Source: Octopus bimaculoides (Eukaryota). From it: 56,280 bases of DNA. A model generated the notes under the pieces. It was not told where the DNA came from, ran no database searches, and saw only the letters and a program-made list of their open reading frames with translations. Position numbers and translations under genes: made by a program. The stretch covers positions 90,275,011 to 90,331,290 of the forward strand of contig NC_068985.1 of assembly GCF_001194135.2 (NCBI RefSeq), in the 5' to 3' direction. Of the stretch, positions 1 to 11,049 are shown in pieces. Position 1 is the first letter of the stretch. Every line of letters begins with the position of its first letter.

Positions 1-49
1 GATACTTCCGATTTGAGTTTTGTGAGGGGATTCGTCTCTTTTTATAGTA

Positions 50-207
50 TTATTGATTGTTTAGGAGTGGAGAGAGATAGGATAGTAAAAGGGGGTGAGG
101 AATGGGAAGAAAGTGAGAGAGAGTGTGTTTATTGATTGTTTAGGAGTGGAGAGAGATAGGATAGTAAAAGGGGGTGAGGAATGGGAAGAAAGTGAGAGAG
201 AGTGTGT
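50..207. repeat. Exact 79-bp tandem duplication (2 copies)
   Basis: 50-128 is identical to 129-207 (TTATTGATTGTTTAGGAGTGGAGAGAG...GAGAGAGTGTGT). Confidence 0.95.
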
Positions 208-1063
208 ATATTGCTTAGTCTGTCACCTGGCGTCCTCCATGTTTTCATCGAACACATCTCACTAAATGAGAGCAACATCGGCCGCCGTATCGGTGAGAGT
301 TACCTGTAATTTCCATTCATATTACATTTCCTAAACATTTGTTGTTCATTCACTGGTGCCGGAGGGTTGTTGCTTTTCTTCCTTATTGCTTCTTGTATAA
401 AAATGCAAAAGAGGAGGAACACACGAATCATTACGCAACTATTCTGCCGTTTTCTCTTTTAAGATGTCAGCCTCCTTTTGAAAATTTGTTTTTTACTGAA
501 AAACATCACAAAAGAATCCTTTGTTGTCGTCTGCATTACAGTATCTTTCATATACTGAATGTTTGTATTTACATTGTAAAAATGTTCCTCTCTGTATTCT
601 TGTTTATCTACTGAAGTGTAAAACACTATTTTTCTTTGTAATTGCATGTGTTTGTGTAGATATAGAAATGTTTTATTTACGTGAAATTGTTATGGTTTAC
701 ATAATGTTTTTAACTTGAAAAGTTTTAAGTTGATTTTATTTTCTAAAACATTTGGGAGTCTGATAGTTGGTTATTTATTATTATTTTTTTCTATTGTTAA
801 CTCTCGCTCTACTGTAGATGAAGTAGATAACGTCCTTCAACATTTTTTAAAGAAAAACATACATTTTCAAAATTTAATAAACTTTTAAATAATAAAATTT
901 GTATTTCCATTTAAAGGTAACAGGACAAACATCCAAAACTGCCATTCTCACTCAGTATTACATACATCAAATTCATAATATATTCCTTGAAATAATTAAT
1001 GAATTTCTAATAGTTCTGTGACAAATTCCAAAAACATATGATTTAAGTAATAGATATACTGCT

Positions 1064-1143
1064 ACAAATGTTACTACTACTAATACTAATAATAATGATA
1101 ATAATAATAACAACAACAATAATAATAACGAGGCAAACAATAA
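1064..1143. repeat. Degenerate (ACT)/(AAT)/(AAC) trinucleotide array
   Basis: Directly visible simple repeat. Confidence 0.9.
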
Positions 1144-1188
1144 GAATCCTTTCTACTAAAGGCACAAGGCCTGACATTTTGGGGTTGC

Positions 1189-1465
1189 ATGAGGAACATA
1201 ATGGTGATACCGGTCGTAATTGGTGCATTAGGAGTAGTTTTCAAGGGCTTTGAAAAACGTATTAAGAATTTTGGAGCTGCTGTCAGGCTCGAGGTGATCC
1301 TGTTGTGTACAGCTCACATTCTAAGGAGAGTATTGTTTGTTTGAGTCACAGTAGAATGCAAAACTTGAAACCTTTGATGATTTGTCCTTGCCTGATTTCA
1401 AGTAAAGTATAAGCGGTAATTAAGAACTATCCGAGAGTCTTTCAGAATAGCAACAATAATAATGA
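1189..1465 (+). mobile_element. 3' end of an R4/Dong-like (restriction-like endonuclease) non-LTR retrotransposon, 5'-truncated
   Basis: 1189-1344 reads MRNIMVIPVVIGALGVVFKGFEKRIKNFGAAVRLEVILLCTAHILRRVLFV*. This matches the typical R4/Dong C-terminus (VIPVVIGALG...LLGTAxILRxVL). A short 3' UTR and an (AAT)-type tail follow. Confidence 0.8.
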
Positions 1466-1468
1466 TAA

Positions 1469-1676
1469 TGTTTCCGAATTTTGCCTCAAGGACAGCCATT
1501 TGGGGGATAGTATGTGTCTATTACGCTGAAAACAGTACCCAACTGGAATTTATTTTATCGACCCTGATAAAAGACAAAGTGAACCTCGACGGAGTTTGAA
1601 CTCAGTACGTAAAGACAGACGAAATACCGATATGCATTTCGCCCGTTGAGATACCGACTCTGCCAGCTCGCCGCTT
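1469..1676 (-). mobile_element. SINE family A (tRNA-derived), near full length
   Basis: Reverse complement gives head GCGGCGAGCTGGCAGAGTCG, B-box-like GAGTTCAAACTCC and body GTCGAGGTTCACTTTGTCT, shared with other copies in the window. Confidence 0.85.
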
Positions 1677-1715
1677 AAATAATAATAGTAATCCTTTCTA
1701 CTAAAGGCATAAGTC

Positions 1716-2600
1716 CAACCGGCACCTCCTGTTTAATATTCGCTCCAAACCACCACTTCCTACACCCTTAATGTAGTGTAGATCACCTCGATTTCCGAGA
1801 TACAGGAAACTATTACGGTATCATCGACCGCATAAGCCGATATGAGCCTTCCGCATCCTAGTTCACGCGGAATTCTACTCGAAACATCGAGCTTCCTTAA
1901 TAATGCCTCGAAAGCCAATACATACTATGCCAATCCTTCAAGAACCGAACGTGCGATGGTAAACTATTCCAATTGGTTGCCATTTATTTTGACCATCTAA
2001 CAGATGTCTCTCTATATTGCGTTGGTCCAACCTCTGAAAAGACAGGACCGATACCGTCCGCCGTGAGGACAGCCTCCAAGCATTGGTGATCGACACTATC
2101 AAAAGCTTTTGATTGATCCACATTGACTATACCAATTCCTTACCTATCCTCTCTATGATGTAGCTCGTGAAGTGGAGGTTATAGTGGAGAGATCTGTTCG
2201 TTGTAATGCTTGTATGCGCGTCACCGAGCAGCTTGTCGACGAGAAAACCTAAAGTTTTAATTAAAACCTTGCCCAAAATCTCATAATCTGCATCGAACAG
2301 TTATGTGTCACAAATTGTTTATTTTTCCCCCTTTGTTTCAGTCGTTTCTAAGCATCATCATCACGCACGCCTCACAGCACTGGGTATCGTTCCGTTCTGC
2401 TGGCATTTGCAGTTGACATTCAACAAGGGAGCACCGAACAAGTGCAGCTTTTTACGATAGGTGTACCAACGTCGTCACTGAAGCGTTTCCTAATGATTTT
2501 CAACATTTCCAGAGGCATTTGCGCCATCATCAGTGTTTCTAGCATCTCAACGGTGTTCGTGCCAACAATCAAAAACCCTCTCGCCACTCTTCGTTGGAGC
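1716..2600 (-). mobile_element. Decayed L1/Tx1-clade LINE reverse transcriptase fragment
   Basis: Minus-strand frames, with stops and frameshifts, give QQNGTIPS, LFDADYEILGKVL, VNVDQSKAFDSVDH, GIGPVF/RGW..IY, VKING, YVLAFEALLRKL and ISAYAVDDTVIVS (YADD-like). These are L1/Tx1 RT motifs in the expected order. Confidence 0.85.
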
Positions 2601-2745
2601 TATGAGGGTTGTTTACTTTTCGTGTGTTAATGCAGTTGTTGTAGTGTTCGTAGAGCTGGTAATTGTAGCAGTAGCTGTTTTGACGTTTGCGATATCGGAG
2701 TGGTTGGTGATGCTCTAGGCGTTTCTATAACTTTCGTATTTGTCT

Positions 2746-2940
2746 GGCAGAATCGTTTGAACATCAACCAAAATGCGCAGTGCCATTACAACTGACTTAT
2801 TACGTTCTGACTTCAAATTTTGTTTTATTTCATGAGTGATTTTTCAAATCGGGTAACAGTCAAATACTGGTTGGGAGAAGGCAATACAATCGACTACCTT
2901 CCTATGCCTAACACTGCAGAAATTGTGCCAAAAGTTCAGA
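2746..2940 (+). mobile_element. SINE family A, degenerate
   Basis: GGCAGAATCG head, GTTCTGACTTCAAATT B-box region and ACAATCGACT...TGTGCCAAAA tail. Confidence 0.6.
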
Positions 2941-2964
2941 GTTATTTCTTTATGCGTAGGACAA

Positions 2965-3145
2965 GATGTGTTGCGGCATTTCTTCCGCTCACCATTCGGA
3001 GTTTCAATTCCACCGTGGATAAATTTGTCTTTTATCATTTAAGGGTCGATAAAATATGAAAGTATCGAGCACTGAGGTCGATGTAGTCGACCAATTCTCT
3101 TCCCTGAACTACGTGGTTTTGTGCCAAAATTTGAAACCGTTACTA
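2965..3145 (+). mobile_element. SINE family A, 5'-eroded, followed by (ATT)n tail
   Basis: GGGTCGATAAAAT...GGTCGATGTAGTCGAC...TTGTGCCAAAATTTGAAACC, then (ATT)n. Confidence 0.7.
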
Positions 3146-3147
3146 AA

Positions 3148-3158
3148 TATTATTATTA

Positions 3159-3237
<79 letters not shown>
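3148..3237. repeat. (ATT)n then (AGT)n array running into an assembly gap
   Basis: Directly visible; gap 3238-3780 follows, then (TG)n at 3781-3828. Confidence 0.95.
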
Positions 3238-3780
3238 NNNNNNNNNNNNNNNNNNNNNNNNNNNNNNNNNNNNNNNNNNNNNNNNNNNNNNNNNNNNNNN
3301 NNNNNNNNNNNNNNNNNNNNNNNNNNNNNNNNNNNNNNNNNNNNNNNNNNNNNNNNNNNNNNNNNNNNNNNNNNNNNNNNNNNNNNNNNNNNNNNNNNNN
3401 NNNNNNNNNNNNNNNNNNNNNNNNNNNNNNNNNNNNNNNNNNNNNNNNNNNNNNNNNNNNNNNNNNNNNNNNNNNNNNNNNNNNNNNNNNNNNNNNNNNN
3501 NNNNNNNNNNNNNNNNNNNNNNNNNNNNNNNNNNNNNNNNNNNNNNNNNNNNNNNNNNNNNNNNNNNNNNNNNNNNNNNNNNNNNNNNNNNNNNNNNNNN
3601 NNNNNNNNNNNNNNNNNNNNNNNNNNNNNNNNNNNNNNNNNNNNNNNNNNNNNNNNNNNNNNNNNNNNNNNNNNNNNNNNNNNNNNNNNNNNNNNNNNNN
3701 NNNNNNNNNNNNNNNNNNNNNNNNNNNNNNNNNNNNNNNNNNNNNNNNNNNNNNNNNNNNNNNNNNNNNNNNNNNNNNNN

Positions 3781-3831
<51 letters not shown>

Positions 3832-3847
3832 TTTATCGTATTTCGAA

Positions 3848-4030
3848 GGCGGCGAGCTAGGAGTATTCGTAGCAGTTAGACAAAATGTCTAGCAGAAATT
3901 CGTCTGCCTTTATGTTCATCATTCATATGCTCACGAAAACGACTTTGCCTCTCATCGATTGAAAGAGGATAAAATAGTAATACGGCACCGAAGTTTACTG
4001 GCTTTGCGCCACATTTTGAAACCATTATTG
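3848..4030 (+). mobile_element. SINE family A, internally deleted/degenerate
   Basis: AGGCGGCGAGCTAG head, CGACTTTGCCTCTCATC body and TTTGAAACC(ATT)n tail. Confidence 0.65.
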
Positions 4031-4046
4031 TTGTTATTATTATTAT

Positions 4047-4263
4047 GTTTGCACAGCTTCTAACGCTGGAGATGTACTACGGTGTCAAACCAATACTTAT
4101 TACAGTGACCAATGGAAGATCCTTGCTCTATTGTCAAGACGTCTTTTAAAGACTTTCTGTGCTAGTGGCGTACATTGACTTCTAATATGCCATATGGTTT
4201 CACAATTCGCCCGCAAATTCTGCACTTCTCAATTTCTGATGTGTGGTCTATTCTGTATTTGAG
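4047..4263 (-). mobile_element. R4/Dong-like LINE fragment: CCHC zinc knuckle joined to the 3' tail
   Basis: Minus strand reads LKYRIDHTSEIEKCRICGR(fs)ETIWHIRSQCTPLAQKVFKRRLDNRARIFHWSL*, containing the CxxC...ET..HI...C motif. It runs directly into ...CATCTCCAGCGTTAGAAGCTGTGCAAAC(ATA)n. Confidence 0.8.
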
Positions 4264-4276
4264 TTAATTGGTGAGT

Positions 4277-4300
4277 TACTTTTTGACTCACTTTCGTATA
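4277..4300. mobile_element. Possible solo mariner-type terminal inverted repeat remnant
   Basis: TACTTTTTGACTCACTTTCGTA+TA resembles mariner termini (ACTTTTTGACTCACCCTCGTA). No partner TIR was found. Confidence 0.3.
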
Positions 4301-6249
4301 TAAGCAAAGTAGTTAGTTACAAGATATAAGAGGTGAAAATAAAATGTAAACTAAGATGTATTATTTGTCACCATTTCAATATGGCTGTTCAGTACGAATC
4401 AACGTTACTAGTATTTTCATACGTGTGCGTGGGTGCGCCCATATGCAAGTGTGTTTGACTAATTCGAGTAAATGAATTGAGTTACGAATCTGTGACAGAT
4501 CACAATTAACAGTGATGTTCAAATAACGTTCCCTGAGATATTGGCTATATGTTGTAGTACAAGAATCCCTTGACAATTTCCTTCACGAATGAAGTAAATA
4601 ACTTCTGGTGGAATCATAAAAGCAACAATCTTATTGTTAATCATTTATGATATAAAGTAAAATTACGCGAATCGCGAGAATATTAATAATGTATATTATT
4701 TTATTTAGGCCTGAAATATAATGTATAATTGGAGTTAAATTGAAATCAACTAAAATAGTTTAGCATAAATAATTGTAGTTGTCGCAACGGGGTTCGTAAA
4801 ATCTTAGAGTGCAGAACAGCTTGAAATAATTTGAAGATATCATAATTGAAAATAATTTTATTTAAAATGCACATTTATGAAAGCAATTTCTACATTATTG
4901 TAAGTGCTTTCACCTGTGGCAATGTGTGATTGTCGTTATAAACTAGGTAATTAGTACTAAATGGCGAACACGCACACACACGCACGTATATACTGGTATA
5001 CACACCGACACACACTCACACACACAAATACACACGAATATTATGTGTATAAANNNNNNNNNNNNNNNNNNNNNNNNNNNNNNNNNNNNNNNNNNNNNNN
5101 NNNNNNNNNNNNNNNNNNNNNNNNNNNNNNNNNNNNNNNNNNNNNNNNNNNNNNNNNNNNNNNNNNNNNNNNNNNNNNNNNNNNNNNNNNNNNNNNNNNN
5201 NNNNNNNNNNNNNNNNNNNNNNNNNNNNNNNNNNNNNNNNNNNNNNNNNNNNNNNNNNNNNNNNNNNNNNNNNNNNNNNNNNNNNNNNNNNNNNNNNNNN
5301 NNNNNNNNNNNNNNNNNNNNNNNNNNNNNNNNNNNNNNNNNNNNNNNNNNNNNNNNNNNNNNNNNNNNNNNNNNNNNNNNNNNNNNNNNNNNNNNNNNNN
5401 NNNNNNNNNNNNNNNNNNNNNNNNNNNNNNNNNNNNNNNNNNNNNNNNNNNNNNNNNNNNNNNNNNNNATATATAATGCATGTATGTATATATATAAGGC
5501 ACACGTACACATGTATGTGCATAGGAACGCGTACATATACATGTGCAACAACAACAAAAAATATCCCCTCGCCTTCAATTACAAGAATATTATAACATAA
5601 TTACTAAAACATTTTTTTATATAACTTAAAATCATGCGGCAACATTTCGAATTGCCACCAGCATTTATTAAGTTGCATGAATATTTCACTTAAAAAGAAC
5701 CATATATTTCAATGTTTTTGTCTTAATGTATCCTATAATGCCTTTTATACATTATATTAATTCTATATTTTCCACTAACAATAAAGTGATCGTGCTTCTA
5801 CATCATATATTGTCAATTACATCCATGTATTATATTGGGATACTCTATTTCCATAACATGGTATAACAGTGTAGTTACGTTTTTTATGCACTACTTTATG
5901 AAATAGGATTAAATATAATTTCCTACAGCGACATTTTTGCTATAACATTTGTCGAGTGTTATAGTTTAATTTATTTATATATTGTTTTTTTTTATCTTTG
6001 ATGATATAAGAAGAGGAATAAATAAACATATGTGTGTGGATTATATACGTGCAACATTATCAGCACTTGATGAACTAATGACGTATGTACTCTGGCTCAG
6101 AATAAATCAACTGCAATAATAACTGACTCGTTTTCAATTATCGAATATTTGTGACAAAAATATCTTCTCTGAAATTAATATTCTCATTTATAACCCTAAA
6201 TTGTTTTTCCATATTTTAATTTGAAAACATTTACTATTATAATACTTTG

Positions 6250-6756
6250 GCTCTCATTACCTGCATATGGGAGCAGCATAGCAGATGTGAAACCTTGACA
6301 GAAGCACTGTCAACCTAGTCAATGGTAGGGTGCGTATAAGATGCAGTGCAGAGGAATACAAAACAGAGCAATGGCCAGGGTCAACCAGTTCGGTCAGAGA
6401 AATCATGCTATCATGAATAGACGTGGCTCACAATGATGAGTATACTAAACTGTCGAAAGACTAGTCATGACTATAGATCATTCCAGAAACTCATACCGCA
6501 TCGATCATCGCGTGGATTACCAAAGTCGTGACCAAGGATGCCAATTCTGGAACCTGCGTTCGACAAATCAGCTACAGAACCAAAATGGAAATTTGTCAGA
6601 TGCGAGCATCCTGCTAAAGTATCATCTTTTAATGCAAAAACATGGAAACTTATGTCTCAAATATCAAAATTTGCTGCGTCGTCTATCAACTTCCATATTG
6701 ACATCATGTGTGTACCAGAACACCGTCTCTTCGTTAATGATCTCGGTTTGATGTGA
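6250..6756 (+). mobile_element. 5' part of an RTE-like LINE (5' UTR plus start of the APE endonuclease)
   Basis: ORF 6538-6756 contains VSSFNAKT...ISKFAASSINFHIDIMCVPEHR. This matches APE blocks I-II as in RTE elements (ISTFNxRT...ELxASAIxxxIDIICxQEHR). The 5' boundary is approximate. Confidence 0.7.
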
Positions 6757-6929
6757 TTAAGTACAGATCAACGTATGCATCCACAAACTTCCTCTTTCAA
6801 CTACTTCTGGAATTATCCTTAGGATCGTAACAGAGGCAAATGCCATTACATTTCTGACTGGGGTCGCAAATGTGACCAACTGAGATTATAGATATTATTT
6901 ACATTTGAGGGATATTTGTTCTCATCTTA

Positions 6930-7093
6930 GTGGTATCTAATCTGCCGCTACGATCTGAGTTCAAATTCCGCTGAGTTCGACTTTGCCTTTCATCCTTTCG
7001 GAGTTGATGAAATAAGTACCAGTAACACATTGGGATCGATATAATCGACTATTCCCCTTCCCCATAAATTTGCTAGGCCTTGTGCTTAGGGTG
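6930..7093 (+). mobile_element. SINE family A, 5'-truncated
   Basis: CTGAGTTCAAATTCCGCTGAGTTCGACTTTGCCTTTCATCCTTTCGG...GGCCTTGTGC. Confidence 0.9.
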
Positions 7094-7198
7094 TTGTCGT
7101 TTGTTCCTTCTTGAGCCATGTCTGGCTCATAAGGGCCGGTTTCCTGATTTCATTGGCGTATAGGTACCCCAACTGAACGGGACACCGATCCGTCGCAG
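7094..7198 (-). mobile_element. Fragment of another dispersed repeat (probable SINE 3' part)
   Basis: GAGCCATGTCTGGCTCATAAGGGCCGGTTTCC...CGGGACACCGATCCGTCGCAG recalls a common octopus repeat from memory. There is no second copy in the window to confirm it. Confidence 0.4.
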
Positions 7199-7199
7199 T

Positions 7200-7945
7200 C
7201 CCTAGAGTAAACATAATTAGTATTGTTCTAACACGCTGACCTACTTACTTTTGGTATTCTAGTTTGAAGGAGACAGCTGTGACGCATCCTATTAAATACA
7301 GCTTGCTACAGTTGACTCATAACAGAATGTAATCTCGGCGTCTATTATACAATAAAATTTCATATCAAAATGATTCAAACGCTACCGAAGCTGGAAATGC
7401 AGCAGACGCCTTCCATGAAAAATTCTTTACATGAACAAAAAGTTCAAGAGTGGTAAAGAGAAGGAAAGAGCCGATGAGTTGGAGAGAAAGGGACATCACA
7501 GCTGGTTGAGAAAATTCGCAATTTCCGAATGTAGATCGTCGACAACGAAGTGATAGAGTTTGGAGTTGCTGTAGCAACTGCACACAGAATCATTCATAAA
7601 GATCTGAACGTGCGCAAAATTCGTACAAAGTTTGATCTCAGGACGATCAGTGACGAGCATTCCTGGAGAGAGATGGGCACGAAAACTGTCACTCAACCTG
7701 CGTACTCTCTTGCTCCCTGAGACATTTGGTTGCTCTCCACGCTGAAGGAGACGCTCAGCGGCAGTCATTTTGAAGTCGAGCGAGGCAGTCATGGATATTT
7801 TCCCATGGGAAGACATCGATAGGCTGATTAGCTTCAATACGTGAACTGAAATCCAATTTGAACGACATTTCAGTTTGATACTACTTCGAAATTAATAAAT
7901 GACTCCCATAAAAGGTCTCAAAACGTTTGGAATGCATCCTGTATT
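7200..7945 (+). mobile_element. Internally deleted mariner-like (Tc1/mariner) element
   Basis: Remnants YTIKFHIK, SNATEA and KVQEW*REG (HTH region). From 7562, GVAVATAHRIIHKDLNVRKIRTKFDLR (WVPR-linker equivalent) is fused in frame to MGTKTVTQPAYSLAP*DIWLLSTLKETLSGSHFE (YSPDLAPxD equivalent). Probable right end ...GGAATGCATCCTGTA at about 7945. Confidence 0.8.
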
Positions 7946-8597
7946 TCTCATGAAATTGGGTGTTTATTTGTGCCATATTTGTATATATATCAAAGGATTT
8001 GAAATATATCAGCAAATAAATTATTTAGTTTATATTAGCATAATATAATAATTTAAGGCGTTGTTGCACATAAACTATTGAAACAAATTTGAGGCTTAGA
8101 AAATATTCTGCGTTCAATATTGTATACATGCCAAGAATAATTTTGTCCAATAATTAAAGTATACACAAATATTTTATCATGATGACTATTTGGCAACTAT
8201 ACCAATATTCTTTGAATACACTTATTAGCTAGAACACATTAAATGTTTTATTATTTTCATTGTAATAAACTAAATAACAAGCAAAATATAAATGTTTGGC
8301 AGGTCATAAAGGAAAATACTTTAAAGAGAGAATCACGGAAAATTAAAAATAAAACAATCTTCTAATGATACAAACAAAAGCACACAATTAGATACGTATG
8401 TACACCGAATGACACACACACAAGACGCGCGCACAAATAGATAGATATACACAAATATATTCATACATACACACCACATATATATAAATATATATGTACA
8501 AAGGGAGAGGGAGAGACAGGAAGAGAGAAAGATAGTTAGGCGGACTAGATATTTCTGTGTATGTGCGTGTGCTTTTCTATATTTAGGTATGTATGTG

Positions 8598-8800
8598 TAT
8601 GATCTCTCGACTCTAGGACAGAGCGGAGCGTTGTGTTCTTGAGCTAAACACTCCATTTCATGGTGTTCCTCCAGTTCACTCAGCTGTAAACGTGTAACCA
8701 GCGACTGACTTCAGAGCAAATGCTACCCAGCTCGCCTAGCCAGCGGCGTGACATCATTCGAAAGCTCATAGCGACCAATGATGTATAACAACATCCGATA
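8598..8800 (+). mobile_element. SINE family D fragment with a V/Meta-like central domain
   Basis: GTTGTGTTCTTGAGCTAAACACT...CTCCAGTTCACTCAGCTGTAAA resembles the conserved central SINE domain GTGTCCTTGAGCAAGxCACT...CCAGTCCACCCAGCTG. Confidence 0.6.
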
Positions 8801-9559
8801 GACAAGACAATCGAGAGATATTCTCTCATTTCAATTTCCTCCGTAACATATGCATCTATCTTCTAGAAATAACAGACATTGAAAGGGGTCGCCTGTAACT
8901 TGGCATGTCTAGATCCTTACGATGCTATTGCCAGTTGACTTTCAAAGCAAACATTGTTTGTACATATTCAAAAGAATTTTACACCCCAACCACTAGGACA
9001 CATTCTTTCATATATCTAATATAGATAGAAAATGATTACCGGACACAAATCAGTACTGTATATTGTTTATTAGAAAAAATATTATGTCAACGATAATTCA
9101 AATGCTGGCTTATAAAATGTAGTATATCAAACGTACTATGTTACTTGTTGCACTATATTTTCTAATTTCGGTGAGTATTCCTCCGTCATCAGCATATGTA
9201 TTAGTGAGTGCTTACATGAACATAAGCATAATCTGTCTACGAGTCAATATGAATATATTTCCAGTTTTTAATGTGTCTTTCTCCTTCTCCATTATATTTT
9301 CACACAAGTAATACTATTTTTTTTTAAACTCACCAACACAGTCTTATTAACAGATGCTTAATGTTTCAGATATGCTTTTGGAATTTTTTGGAAACATTTT
9401 TGGAAATGACTCAGAAATAATTTATCTGGGTGATTTTCTCAAGTTCTTTAAAAAAAATTATAGAAGATATCAACGTCAGCTACACATTTTCAATAACCTT
9501 TTGTCACCGATAATTTTTTATATCAGCCTGTTCTATAGTATCGGAAAAGTTATTTGGGA

Positions 9560-9630
9560 CTTCTTTATTCCCATTTACTTGTTTGCCTGTCCTGGCCTGC
9601 GATATGTAGCCATGCTGGAGCGCACTAGTA
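9560..9630 (-). mobile_element. SINE family B 3' tail stub
   Basis: TTTACTTGTTTG...GCCATGCTGGAGCGC is the reverse complement of the family B tail. Confidence 0.55.
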
Positions 9631-9697
9631 ACAGCAGAAGTTTTAGGAACCACCTTTCCAGCTATATCTGTTTATTTGTGCTAAACTTATAACATCA

Positions 9698-9900
9698 GTA
9701 TCGTTAGCACGCCGTGCGAAATGGTTAGCAGTATTTCGTCTGTCTTCAAATTATGTGTTCAAATGCTATCGGGGTCGACTTTGCTTTTCATCTTTTAGGG
9801 TCAATAATTTAAGTACCAGTTACGCATTTGGGTCAATGCAAACGACTGGTTCCCCTCACACAAAATTTGAGGCATTCTGCCTACATTAGAAAGGACTATT
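9698..9900 (+). mobile_element. SINE family A
   Basis: ATCGTTAGCACGCCGTGCGAAATG...GGGGTCGACTTTGCTTTTCATC...TTAGAAAGGA. Confidence 0.9.
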
Positions 9901-10504
9901 AATTAAATATCAATATCATGTTATCAGATTTAAGGAATGTTTAGATGATGTATCTATTGAGTGGTGTAGGATGTTGAAAACTAAATGGCATGTTTTATAC
10001 GTACTCCAATGTAGCAAGCAACACATTGGGCAGAATGTAACAACAAGTTCCAAAGCGTCATAAAATTAAAAGTATACACAACCCCTGTTGTCCATCGTAA
10101 TTTGGGATGATAATTCAAAGAGTTACTATTAATTATTGACATATTTGTTTGGTGTATGAGCAAAATTTATTGAGAGTAAAGCAGTTGCTATCAAGAAACG
10201 ACGCATGGGGAATATGGAGACGTAAAGCAAGACTATTAAGGCCCAAAGCTACTGAATTAAGTCTGATGAAAAATCTCCCCGGCAACAAAAATGTCTGTAA
10301 CATGGAATTGTCTATATACAATTAAAATTTTGAAAAAATGAAGACTATTATTAATAACTATTTTAAAAATTTCACATCTATAATCGGCGCCATGAAGTAT
10401 ATTATTATTGGTGAATTGTTGAAGTCTGTTCTGGTATTTATGCTAATGTAACAGCGCCCTATTCCTTGATTAAATACTTATACTCTAAAAGTACAGAAAT
10501 CCAA

Positions 10505-10567
10505 TGGCACACACATGTATACACATACATACATACACACACACATACACGCACACGCACATGCACG

Positions 10568-10638
<71 letters not shown>

Positions 10639-10670
10639 GAAGAAACACACACACATATATATATATATAT
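10505..10670. repeat. Compound (CA)n/(TA)n microsatellite
   Basis: Directly visible. Confidence 0.95.
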
Positions 10671-10735
10671 GGGTCGATCTAATCGACTGGCCCCTCCTTC
10701 AAATTTCAGGCATTGTGCCTATAGTAGAAATGATT
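10671..10735 (+). mobile_element. SINE family A 3' stub
   Basis: GGGTCGATCTAATCGACTGGCCCC...CAGGCATTGTGCCTATAGTAGAAATGATT. Confidence 0.85.
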
Positions 10736-11049
10736 GTTTGTTCCTTTCTTATGGGTAGAAACAGCACAGCTGATATATAGTCATTGCTTGTTTAAAAGTG
10801 AAGGATGTGCAGTCGGCATTGGTTTGTATGAAAGAGCATTCTGTTCTTGAGAGGATCATAAAGTATGTATTGTTTCATCGTATAAAAGGGGTTTAATATG
10901 ATTTTGACCAGAACTCACGCTTCGAAAATTTCAGATTCACTGCAACCTCTCAATTTGTAACATTTTACGAATTTTGTTTTTCTTATCGATGTAGAAAAAT
11001 GAAGAAACAACGAATCTGGAATATATATATATATATATATATATGTATA

